Source: Calditrichia bacterium (GTDB taxonomy: Bacteria > Calditrichota > Calditrichia > JAJRVZ01). Taken from it: DNA of 64,000 bases. The DNA lies in assembly GCA_963777955.1 (NCBI GenBank), contig CAVZSQ010000021.1, positions 96,001-160,000 on the forward strand. The letters are read 5' to 3'. The translations under genes and the position numbers were made by a program. The notes under the pieces were generated by a model. That model made no database searches. It was not told the DNA's origin and saw nothing but the letters and a program-made list of their open reading frames with translations. Shown one piece after another: positions 53,040-62,711 of the stretch; the stretch's first letter is position 1, and each line of letters starts with the position of its first letter.

Positions 53040-54332
53040 GGATTTTTCATTCAACCCCTTACTTAATTCTCCAACCAGGAAGTGGCTGCCCATAACGAAC
53101 AGTACCTCATCCTGCTTCATATTTTTAACACAGAAGTCAAAAGCCTGCTGTGGATTTTTTATCGGCTCTGCTCTTAGGCCATATTTATTAAAAACAGCGG
53201 CGAGTATCTCTGCGCCTAATTTCCGCTCATTATTTGGCTCGGTTACGATAATCCGCTTAAAATCTTTCACGATCAATTGTACTATACGTTCGTACTCCTT
53301 ATCGGCCAGCAGACCTAACAGCAGCACTGCTGCAGCAGGATTATAATTTGCACGAATGAATTCAAGGGTAGTTTCAAATCCGGAATAATTATGGCTGACA
53401 TCAAAATAAATCAGCGGCCGCTGTGATATCCGCTGCAACCGGCCGGGCCACTGTATCTGATCAAAGACCTTAATTAAAATATCCGGATTGAATCGGATAC
53501 TTCGTTTTTCCAAAAACCAGCGGGCAGTCAAATAAGCCAGTAAGGCATTGCCGACCTGGAATTCACCCAGCAGGTTCAGGCGCAGATCCCTGAAACTGTC
53601 CTGTCGTAATTTATCATCGAAATCGAAGATTGTCCCCCGGGCAGAACAGGAGGTAATACGGTATCCGACCGCCAGGTCCAGCAGATACTCCGCAGTAATC
53701 CCGGCGCTGAACTCCCTGATTACTTCTGCAACTTCCGCTAGCTGGTCGGCACAAAACAGCGCGACCCCCTCTTTAATAATTGCCGCTTTTTCTGCTGCAA
53801 TATTTTTAAGTTCGGTGCCCAATTGCGGTATATGATCAATATGTATCGGGGTGAGCACTACCGCTTCGGGATGTATAATATTTGTGGAGTCCAGGCGGCC
53901 ACCCAGGCCCGTTTCAATAACCGCCGCATCCACATTTTTTTCCTGGAAATATTTAAAAGCCAGAGCCGTAGTAGTATCAAAAAATGTCGCTTGCAGAGCG
54001 GTCACTTCAGCAACCATTTTTGTCCAGAAGTCAGAAATAAAAGCTGGTTCAATCAATTCCTGGTCAATCCGGATTCTTTCCCGGAAATCGATCAGGTGAG
54101 GGGAAGTATACAGGCCGGTCCGTAAACCGTGTCCGGCCAGTATTTTTTGAATCATAATCGCGGTTGAACCCTTGCCATTAGTACCGGCGATATGAATAGC
54201 AGAGTAGGCCTGCTGAGGATTACCCAGAAATTGACAAAGACGGGTAATATTATCCAGTCCCATCTTCACCGAAAATCTTTGCAAGTCGAACAACTCGCCC
54301 AGCGTAGAGGTATAACGGTCAGTTTTTTTCAT
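53022..54332 (-). CDS. folC: Bifunctional folylpolyglutamate/dihydrofolate synthase
   Basis: HIAGTNGKGS, YTSPHL, ETGLGGRLDSTN, WPGRLQ, DVSHN. Confidence 0.95.
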   Translation of the reverse strand: MKKTDRYTSTLGELFDLQRFSVKMGLDNITRLCQFLGNPQQAYSAIHIAGTNGKGSTAIMIQKILAGHGLRTGLYTSPHLIDFRERIRIDQELIEPAFISDFWTKMVAEVTALQATFFDTTTALAFKYFQEKNVDAAVIETGLGGRLDSTNIIHPEAVVLTPIHIDHIPQLGTELKNIAAEKAAIIKEGVALFCADQLAEVAEVIREFSAGITAEYLLDLAVGYRITSCSARGTIFDFDDKLRQDSFRDLRLNLLGEFQVGNALLAYLTARWFLEKRSIRFNPDILIKVFDQIQWPGRLQRISQRPLIYFDVSHNYSGFETTLEFIRANYNPAAAVLLLGLLADKEYERIVQLIVKDFKRIIVTEPNNERKLGAEILAAVFNKYGLRAEPIKNPQQAFDFCVKNMKQDEVLFVMGSHFLVGELSKGLNEKSLTYNL

Positions 54333-54430
54333 TATATAATATAAAAGTCAATTCAGATGAGATTCTATGTATAACAATTAAGGAGTATACGATATATATT
54401 CATCTGGGCTTAATAATTACAGGATTGATT

Positions 54431-55201
54431 TTAGTGTGGCTGGACCTGTTCGGTAACCATCCCAAACCGCCGTTCCCGCTGCAGATAATTCTGAATTGCC
54501 TCGACCAGATCTTTTTTCCCGAAATCAGGCCACAGGGTGGAGGAGACATAAATCTCAGCATAGGCTATCTGCCATAACAGAAAGTTACTTATTCTGAACT
54601 CGCCGCTGGTCCTGATAATAAGATCAGGATCCGGCAATCCGCATGTCTGCAGATTCCGCGATATCATGGTTTCGTCGATTTCTTCCACCCGGATCATTTT
54701 TTCATTTACTTTTTTGGCAATACTGATCACGGCATCTCTGATTTCACGCCGGCTGCCATAACTTAAAGCCAGATTCAGAATGAGTCCCGTATTATTTTCC
54801 GTTTTAGCAATGGCTTTGAGCAGAATCTCTCTGGTATCAGCAGGGAGATCCTCCAGGCAGCCGATGGCAATAATCTTGACATTTTTCGAGATTAACTCGG
54901 CCAGTTCCCGGTGCAAGGTAGTGACCAGCAGTTTCATCAGGGCGGAGACTTCAACGGGTGGACGTTTCCAATTTTCGCGGGAGAAGGTATATAAAGTCAG
55001 AACTTTAATACCCAGGTCGCCACAGGCTTCAACCACTTTACGAACCGACTCAATCCCGGCTCTGTGTCCGACGATACGAGGTAAACCCCGCTTCTTGGCC
55101 CAGCGGCCGTTGCCATCCATGATGATCCCGATATGCGCTGGCAAATGCGGATGATGCTTAAGTGCATCCAGACCAGAGGCAGGTTTTGGATGTTTTTTCA
55201 A
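54431..55201 (-). CDS. uppS: Undecaprenyl diphosphate synthase (cis-isoprenyltransferase)
   Basis: HIGIIMDGNGRWA, FSRENWKRP, DLIIRTSGEFRISNFLLWQ. Confidence 0.97.
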   Translation of the reverse strand: MKKHPKPASGLDALKHHPHLPAHIGIIMDGNGRWAKKRGLPRIVGHRAGIESVRKVVEACGDLGIKVLTLYTFSRENWKRPPVEVSALMKLLVTTLHRELAELISKNVKIIAIGCLEDLPADTREILLKAIAKTENNTGLILNLALSYGSRREIRDAVISIAKKVNEKMIRVEEIDETMISRNLQTCGLPDPDLIIRTSGEFRISNFLLWQIAYAEIYVSSTLWPDFGKKDLVEAIQNYLQRERRFGMVTEQVQPH

Positions 55202-55311
55202 GCAGAATAGTCCTAAAAATTTTCAAATATATATTCAATTTATTCAAAGTAAAGCAAAATTACAATTGTTACAACCTCCCTCACGACCTATTTTATATAA
55301 ATTTAGATTTA

Positions 55312-55340
55312 TTGATAAAGCTCATTACATTATGTAAATT
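55312..55340 (+). promoter_or_regulatory. Putative sigma70 promoter of lepA
   Basis: TTGATA-N17-TAAATT. Confidence 0.5.
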
Positions 55341-55367
55341 TGAATTCTATTATAAAATATTTTAATC

Positions 55368-57173
55368 ATGAGTATCGACAGAATCAGAAATTTCTGCATA
55401 ATAGCCCATATTGACCACGGCAAATCTACTTTAGCCGATCGCATGCTGGAAATCACCCGTACTATTCCGGCCAAAGATCTGGTGAATCAGGTACTGGACA
55501 ATATGGATCTGGAAAGGGAGAGGGGCATTACCATAAAATCCCATGCCATCCAGATGCTTTATGAATGCCAGGACGGTAAGGAATATATTTTTAACCTGAT
55601 CGACACACCCGGGCATGTCGATTTCTCCTATGAAGTATCGCGCAGTCTGGCCGCCTGTGAAGGTGCCATCCTGGTCGTGGATGCTTCGCAGGGTGTCGAA
55701 GCACAAACTCTCAGCAACCTGTACCAGGCCGTCGAAAACAACCTGCAGATTGTCCCGGTGATTAATAAAATCGATCTGCCCAGCGCCCAGGTCAGCGCCG
55801 TAAAAAGCCAGGTCGTACAGTTGATCGGCTGCCGTGAAGATGAAATCTACCTGGCCAGCGCCAAGACCGGCCAGGGTATCGGTGAAATCCTGGAGGGCAT
55901 CGTCAAGTACGTCCCCCCGCCAAAGGGCTCCCTGGATAATCCTCCCCAGGCTTTGATTTTTGATTCCGTATTCGATTCATATCGCGGTGTAATTAATTAT
56001 ATCCGGGTTTTTGAAGGCTCTTTTAAAAAAAATGATGATATTAAATTTTTCCAATCCAAAAAAAATTTTGAAGTGGATGAGATCGGTATACTAAAACTAA
56101 ACCGTATACCGACCGATATCCTGCAGGCGGGCGAAGTCGGTTATCTGATCAGCGGAGCTAAAGATGTTCATGATACCAAGGTCGGTGATACGATCATCAA
56201 CATGCAAAATCCTGCCGCTAATCCTATTTTTAAATACAAAGAAATTCACCCGATGGTTTACAGCGGTCTGTATCCGGTACAGAGCGATGATTTCGAATTA
56301 TTACGTGATTCCCTGGATAAACTGTATCTGAACGACAGTTCCCTGGTGTTTGTGCCGGAAACATCCAAGGCCCTGGGTTTCGGTTTCCGCTGCGGTTTTC
56401 TGGGTCTGCTGCACATGGAAATCATTCAGGAACGCCTGGAACGCGAATACAAGGTCAGCATTATCAATACGGTTCCCAACGTGGTCTACCATGTCCGCCT
56501 GAATGATGATACTCAGTTGGAAATTGATAATCCGGCCAATCTCCCTGAAGTCGTTCGGATAAAATTTATCGAAGAACCATATATTTCCGCGCAAATAATT
56601 ACTCCCAGTGAATATATCGGTAATATTATGAAACTGGCCCGTGAACGCCGCGGGATTTTTATCAATACCACCTATCTTGATCCTTCGCGGGCAGATTTGA
56701 GTTTCAAGTTTCCGCTGGCCGAAGTGATTTTTGATTTTTTTGATAAACTGAAATCCATCTCCCGCGGCTATGCCTCTTTCGACTATGAATTCGAATCATA
56801 TCGCGAATCCGATGTAGTCAAATTGGACCTGCTGATCAACGGCGAACCGGTGGACGCCTTATCCACTATTGTCCACCACGACAAAGCCTATGAATGGGGG
56901 AATAAATTATGCCGGAAATTGAAAGAGTTGATTCCCCGCCAGATGTTTGAAGTAGCGATTCAGGCGGCTATCGGCAACAAAATTATTTCCCGGACGAATG
57001 TCAAACCGCTGCGCAAGAATGTTCTGGCCAAATGCTACGGCGGTGATATCACCCGTAAAAGAAAATTGCTGGAAAAACAAAAAGAAGGCAAGAAACGCAT
57101 GAAACAGATCGGCAGCGTGGAAATACCCCAGGAAGCATTCCTGGCTGTGCTGTCCATGCAGGATATGGATTAA
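55368..57173 (+). CDS. lepA: Translation elongation factor 4 (LepA)
   Basis: IAHIDHGKSTLADR, DTPGHVDF, NKID, GFRCGFLGLLH, KCYGGDITRKRKLL. Confidence 0.98.
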   Translation: MSIDRIRNFCIIAHIDHGKSTLADRMLEITRTIPAKDLVNQVLDNMDLERERGITIKSHAIQMLYECQDGKEYIFNLIDTPGHVDFSYEVSRSLAACEGAILVVDASQGVEAQTLSNLYQAVENNLQIVPVINKIDLPSAQVSAVKSQVVQLIGCREDEIYLASAKTGQGIGEILEGIVKYVPPPKGSLDNPPQALIFDSVFDSYRGVINYIRVFEGSFKKNDDIKFFQSKKNFEVDEIGILKLNRIPTDILQAGEVGYLISGAKDVHDTKVGDTIINMQNPAANPIFKYKEIHPMVYSGLYPVQSDDFELLRDSLDKLYLNDSSLVFVPETSKALGFGFRCGFLGLLHMEIIQERLEREYKVSIINTVPNVVYHVRLNDDTQLEIDNPANLPEVVRIKFIEEPYISAQIITPSEYIGNIMKLARERRGIFINTTYLDPSRADLSFKFPLAEVIFDFFDKLKSISRGYASFDYEFESYRESDVVKLDLLINGEPVDALSTIVHHDKAYEWGNKLCRKLKELIPRQMFEVAIQAAIGNKIISRTNVKPLRKNVLAKCYGGDITRKRKLLEKQKEGKKRMKQIGSVEIPQEAFLAVLSMQDMD

Positions 57174-57260
57174 ACGGGAACTTTTGGACAAAAAATCACG
57201 TTCTAAATAGTTAAATTTCAGGTTGCTTCAGGCCAGACCCTGCTAAAATGGAGAATCAGT

Positions 57261-57989
57261 GTGAATAAGATTAAAACCGAGGAAGATCGCCGTTCCAGAG
57301 ATTTCTTTGAAGGATTATTCATCGCCTTCATTGCTGCTTTAATTATCCGCCAATTCATTGTGCAAGCCTACCGCATCCCCACCGGCTCGATGGAAGATAC
57401 CCTGCTGACCGGTGATTTTTTACTGGTCAATAAATATGTCTACGGGATGCGCACGCCGGACTGGCTGGGCATTCCCTTCACGAATTTGGGTTTTCCGGTC
57501 CCCTGGGTACGGATCCCCGGCTTCAAAACCCCCCGGCAGAACGATGTGGTAATTTTCCGGTATCCGATAGATCCTGATATAGATTATATAAAACGCTGTG
57601 TCGCCAGCGGAGGTCAGACACTGGAAATTGTTGATAAACAGGTATTTGTCGACAGTATCCGTTTCCCGGATGCCCCCAAATCAAAATTTATCGATTCGAG
57701 AATTTTCAAACGCAATGATCTCCTGAATTTTCGTACTTTTCAAAATAACCGCTATGGCAGCCGCGATAATTTCGGACCGCTTAAAGTCCCTGAAAATCAA
57801 TTCTTTATGATGGGAGATAACCGTGACAACAGTCTGGATAGCCGGGCCTGGGGTTTTGTCCCAAATGATCATATCGTCGGTGAAGGGCTTATCATTTATC
57901 TCTCCTGGGATAGTGATCTGGCCTGGTCCGATCTGTTCACTATTTTTAAAAAGATACGTTTTGAACGTATCGGCAATGTTATACGTTAA
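57261..57989 (+). CDS. lepB: Signal peptidase I
   Basis: IPTGSMEDTL, DYIKRC, MMGDNRDNSLDSRAWG. Confidence 0.96.
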   Translation: MNKIKTEEDRRSRDFFEGLFIAFIAALIIRQFIVQAYRIPTGSMEDTLLTGDFLLVNKYVYGMRTPDWLGIPFTNLGFPVPWVRIPGFKTPRQNDVVIFRYPIDPDIDYIKRCVASGGQTLEIVDKQVFVDSIRFPDAPKSKFIDSRIFKRNDLLNFRTFQNNRYGSRDNFGPLKVPENQFFMMGDNRDNSLDSRAWGFVPNDHIVGEGLIIYLSWDSDLAWSDLFTIFKKIRFERIGNVIR

Positions 57990-57995
57990 TCATTA

Positions 57996-59144
57996 ATGGA
58001 TCGTACTTCCAAAGCCGGAATTTACATTCATATTCCCTTTTGCCTGTCCAAATGCGGTTATTGTGATTTTTATTCCGTGACCGATCTGAACCTGCGTTCA
58101 AAATTCATTCAAGCCTTGAACCGGGAAATAGCTATTTATGGCCGACAGACAGAGTTCCACAGCGAATATGATACTATTTATCTGGGCGGTGGAACCCCTT
58201 CTTTGCTGACCCTGCAGGAAGTTGAACAAATTCTGGCCCAGGTCAGGAAATATTTTAAAATTCACCCGGATGCAGAGATAACGCTGGAGGCAAATCCCGG
58301 AACCCTGGACCGGGATAAATTACAGGGCCTGAGGAATTCGGGTATAAACCGGATCAGTATCGGGGTGCAGAGTTTTATCGAAGCAGAATTAAAATTCCTG
58401 GGCCGTATTCATACTGTGCAGCAGGCCGAAAATATGCTCGGCCTGGCTAAAGAAGCCGGCTTTGCTGAAATCAGCATTGACCTGATTTTTGCCATACCGG
58501 GTCAAACCCTCTCCGATTGGAAATATTCCCTGGAACGCGTTGTTACATTTCAGCCCGAGCACATATCTGCCTATAACCTGATTGTCGAAGCAGGAACACC
58601 TTTTGATTCGCTGCAGCAAAACAACTCTGTTCAATTTCTCAATCCGGAACAGGAAGCAGATTATTTTCTCCAGGCAGAAAATATATTACAGCAATCCGGC
58701 TACATCCATTACGAAGTTTCCAATTACGCCAGATCCGATCAACACCTGGCCAGGCATAATTTTAAATACTGGCAGCATATACCCTATCTCGCTTTCGGGC
58801 CCTCGGCACATTCCTTCTGGCCGTATCGCCGCTGGCAGAATTCCCGCTCCCTGGCCGATTATCTGAAAGCTTTACGGCAAAATAAAGCACCGGTAGTTTT
58901 TGAGGAAAAATTAACTGCTAAACAAATTGTCAACGAATATATTCTATTAGCCTTGCGGACCTATCAGGGTATCGATCTGCGCCAGTTTAATCATACTTAT
59001 AACTTTGACTTCCGGGATCGTTATAACCGGCCTATTGAACTTTTAACCGGGAACAATCTGGCCATTCTGGACCAGGAACATTTTAAACTGACCCCAAGAG
59101 GGATGTTGCTCTGTGATGAAATATTACTGCAATTTGCCTGTTAA
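57996..59144 (+). CDS. hemW: Radical SAM heme chaperone HemW
   Basis: YIHIPFCLSKCGYCDF, GGGTPS, EANP, RISIGVQS, YEVSNY, HNFKYW. Confidence 0.92.
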   Translation: MDRTSKAGIYIHIPFCLSKCGYCDFYSVTDLNLRSKFIQALNREIAIYGRQTEFHSEYDTIYLGGGTPSLLTLQEVEQILAQVRKYFKIHPDAEITLEANPGTLDRDKLQGLRNSGINRISIGVQSFIEAELKFLGRIHTVQQAENMLGLAKEAGFAEISIDLIFAIPGQTLSDWKYSLERVVTFQPEHISAYNLIVEAGTPFDSLQQNNSVQFLNPEQEADYFLQAENILQQSGYIHYEVSNYARSDQHLARHNFKYWQHIPYLAFGPSAHSFWPYRRWQNSRSLADYLKALRQNKAPVVFEEKLTAKQIVNEYILLALRTYQGIDLRQFNHTYNFDFRDRYNRPIELLTGNNLAILDQEHFKLTPRGMLLCDEILLQFAC

Positions 59145-60979
59145 TCTGCTTTTAGTTCTTCTGCTTTTTGCCGGTCCGGCAATTGCCGGTCCGGCAATTG
59201 CCGGTTCGGCAATTCCGCTGGCAGCCCAGCCAGCCAACCCGCAGCTGACGGTTGGCCCGCGTACTGGAAGATAACCAGCAATATGAACAGGCTCTGGAAC
59301 TTTACCGGAATCTGCAGCAGAAAAATCCGGACAATCTTGAAATTATCAGCGGCATAAAACGGTGTTCCCTGGCCCTGCAAAAATATGCAGAACTTATCTC
59401 TTTTTATGAAAACATAATTAAAACCAATCCGGCTAATTCCGTCTGGAAGATTGACCTGGCCGAAGTTTACTATCTGAACAATCAACGGCAGCAAGCGCTG
59501 GAGTTGTGGTGGACAGAAATAAAAAAAGATCCTAAAAATATAGCTCCCTACCGTTTAAGTGCAATGGCCATGATTAACCAGAGACTTTACGATGAGGCTA
59601 TTGCAGTATATGGCGAAGCCCTGCGGCAGATTGAAGGGCAAGCCAACCTGTATCTCGATATCGGCAATCTGTATAAACAACAATTGCAGTACGGTCAGGC
59701 GGCGGAACAGTATCTGAATTATTATAACTCTAATCCCCAGCAGAAACAATTCCTGCAGCGGCAGATTTTGAATCTGGGCGATGAACCGACTCAGGTCCCG
59801 GCTGTCATCCAAACCCTGGAAAAATACCTGGCCCTTTATCCGCAGCAGAATGACGTCCGGGAAATCCTGGCCGGCCTGTTCCTGAAAGAAAAAGATTATG
59901 AACATGCTTTTACCATTTACAAAACCCTGGACCAGAAAGCGACCCGGGGAAAGTACCTCCTGACTTTTGCGGCCGAGGCCTATAATAATCACGCCTATGA
60001 TTATGCTATTGCAGCTTATCAGGTTCTGCAATCCCTTTATCCTGATTCCCCCTATAAGGTACAAAGCGATTTTGAACTGGGCCGCTGCCATTTTGCACTG
60101 GCTAATACCAGCCAGGAGAATTCTAATATGGAAAAATCCGTGGCCGAGATGGCCCGGGCCGTATCTATTTTCGACAGTCTGGTTGCCCGTTCGCAGAAAT
60201 CGAATTATTATGCACTCAGCCTGATTTACCTGGGGGATATTTTCTATAATTTTTATTTTGACCTGGATAAGGCCATGATATATTACCAGACTTATATCCG
60301 GACTCAACCAGGAAATAATAACCGGGAACTGACGATTCTTAAATTAGGCGATATTTTCCTGTGTAAAAACCAGTTTGACCGGGCCCGCGAGACCTATCAA
60401 CAAATATCAATGAATGAGTTTAAACCGCTGGCCAATTTTAAACTGGCTGAACTCGTTTATTTTCAGGGTAAAATTAAAGAAGCACAGACCCGCCTGAACG
60501 GATTAATACCTGCTCTGCCTACCAGCCATGCTCTGTTGAATGATATACTATCCCGGCAAATGTTACTGCAGTCTTATGCCCAGGATTCCGTGGCCCTGGC
60601 CAACTTCGCCCGCTGCGAATTATTGATCTTCCAGCATAAACTCTCTGAAGCCGCCGGACAATTGTCTGAATTAGCCCGGGAAAATAAACCGATCAGTGCT
60701 CTGGCCGGAAAAAGATCCGCCCGGTTATTACTCAGGCTGGATAAAATTCCTGCAGCCCGGGAATTGCTGATTCAATTACTGGCTTCCTTCAGCGATGATC
60801 CCGCCAAAGATGAGACTATCCTGTTGCTGGCCCTGGCCGAAGAACAACTCCATAATTATCAACAGGCTATTCAACTGTATCAGCAGCTATTGATAAGTTA
60901 CCCGAACAGTTTATATGCACAGCAGGCCCGTGAAAATACGCGCAGACTGCAAACTCAATTAAAAAAGGACCAGAGTTGA
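59116..60979 (+). CDS. Exported tetratricopeptide repeat protein; +1 frameshift near 59251
   Basis: ATG at 59116 gives signal peptide MKYYCNLPVNLLLVLLLFAGPAIA; removing one G joins it to the TPR ORF (LARVLEDNQQYEQAL..). Confidence 0.8.
59170..59214. repeat. 15-bp tandem repeat x3 (GCCGGTCCGGCAATT, third copy with one mismatch)
   Basis: Read directly from the sequence; encodes AGPAI-AGPAI-AGSAI. Confidence 0.9.
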
Positions 60980-62238
60980 AATTACTGTCTAACCTCTTAC
61001 TGCTGCTGGCCACGGCAAGCAGTGTACAGGCCCAGTATATTCTGATCCCCATGGATCAGACCCAGACGGATCATCTGAAAGCTTACGGTGTCGCTTACTG
61101 GATTCTGGCTCAGAATTCGAATGTGGAATGGTTGTTGAATTACCGCGGCGGCTCTTTCCTGTTCCGGCAGGCTGGGATCATCTTTTGAAACTGAATGCCG
61201 GATCAGAGGGGTATTATATAATAAACTGAATGCCACCGAAGTCAATGCAATTTATGCGGAAATCGAAGAAGCCAACATGGAAAAAGTCCTGCTGGAAAAA
61301 GCGCCGACTATTGCTGTTTACAGTCCGCCCGCTGCCCAGCCGTGGGATGATGCCGTTACCCTGGTTCTTGATTACGCTGAAATAGATTTTAACAGGATAT
61401 ATGACCGGGAAGTACTGGCCGGAATTCTGGAAAAATATGATTGGTTGCATTTGCATCATGAAGACTTTACCGGGCAGTATGGCAAATTCTGGTTCAGCTT
61501 CAGAAATGCCCCCTGGTACATCAATCAGCAGCTGCAGGATGAAAAGTTAGCGGCCGAGTGGGTTTTAAAAAAGTCAGCCGGGAAAAAGGCGCAGTCGCCC
61601 GGGAAATAAAAAAGTACGTCGAAGGGGGCGGATTTCTGTTCGCCATGTGCTCGGCTACCGATGCCCTGGACATTGCCCTGTCGGCGGAGGGGGTTGATAT
61701 CTGCGACGTACCTTTCGACTATGATCCTCCCGAATCCAATTACCAGAATAAAATTGATTACCTGAAAACACTGGCCTTTACAAATTTTAAACTCTACAAC
61801 GATCCGAACATTTATGAATTCAGCGACATCGATACCCCGCCCAGTCATATGCCCCGGGTACGCGATGCTGAAACCGATTATTTCACCTTATTTGAATTTT
61901 CTGCCAAATATGATCCCGTACCAACCATGCTGACCCAGGATCATGTCAATGTGCTCAAAGGTTTCATGGGACAAACCACCATGTTCCGGGAAGAAAAAAT
62001 AAAACCGGCAGTGACAATACTGGCTAAAATTGAAAATAGTAACGAAATAAAATACATACATGGCAACTGCGGTAAAGGGACGTTTACTTTTTATGGCGGT
62101 CACGATCCCGAAGATTATACCCACCAGGTAGGGGATCCGCCGACTGAATTAAATTTGCACAAGAATTCACCCGGCTATCGTCTGATATTAAATAACATCC
62201 TTTTCCCGGCAGCCAAGAAGAAAAAATTAAAAACATAG
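60976..62238 (+). CDS. Conserved exported protein with class I glutamine amidotransferase-like fold (often labelled 'asparagine synthetase B'); +1 frameshift near 61175 and -1 near 61559
   Basis: Signal peptide, LIPMDQTQTDHLKAYG, WLLNYRGGSF, QPWDDAV, DWLHLHHEDFTGQYGKF, GGFLFAMCSATD, GGHDPEDY, SPGYRLILNNILFPAA. Confidence 0.75.
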
Positions 62239-62246
62239 GATGCAAA

Positions 62247-62642
62247 ATGGAAAAAATTACCCTGGCTACCAGGGCGCAGACAACATTTATTGATATTACC
62301 GGGCAGATAAGCGCATTCATTACTAAGCATAATTTTCACAATGGCTTATGTTATATTTTTATCCCGCATACTACTGCGGCAATTACTATAAACGAGCACG
62401 CTGACCCTGATGTCAAGGAAGATATCCTGAGAGAACTGAACAAGGTAATTCCTTTCGATGATAATTACCGGCACATGGAAGGAAATGCGGCAGCGCATAT
62501 TAAAGCCAGTTTGATCGGATCGGCATTGACCGTTGCCGTGGAAAATGACCAGCTGCAACTGGGCACCTGGCAGGGAATATTTTTCTGTGAATTTGACGGC
62601 CCCAGAACCCGCCAGATCTGGATCAGTTTGCTGCCGGTGTAA
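62247..62642 (+). CDS. yjbQ: YjbQ (UPF0047) secondary thiamine-phosphate synthase family
   Basis: PHTTAAITINE, EGNAAAHIKASL, LGTWQGIFFCEFDGPR. Confidence 0.93.
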   Translation: MEKITLATRAQTTFIDITGQISAFITKHNFHNGLCYIFIPHTTAAITINEHADPDVKEDILRELNKVIPFDDNYRHMEGNAAAHIKASLIGSALTVAVENDQLQLGTWQGIFFCEFDGPRTRQIWISLLPV

Positions 62643-62649
62643 TTAAAAG

Positions 62650-62678
62650 TTGTAAATAGGAATAATTGAATTTAAATT
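62650..62678 (+). promoter_or_regulatory. Putative sigma70 promoter of the last ORF
   Basis: TTGTAA-N17-TAAATT, same hexamers as upstream of hppA. Confidence 0.5.
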
Positions 62679-62711
62679 TGACCGATGTTTTATTAAGAGA
62701 AGGGGAGTGAC

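Noticed and set aside
59555..60307. 250-aa minus-strand ORF, and the many other short overlapping ORFs in the track
   Set aside because: Antisense or off-frame shadows of well-supported genes with no recognisable motifs.
8460..61560. Mass pseudogenisation or stop-codon reassignment (Sec/Pyl/alternative code)
   Set aside because: The breaks are frame changes rather than in-frame stops, motifs are intact, and essential genes are affected.
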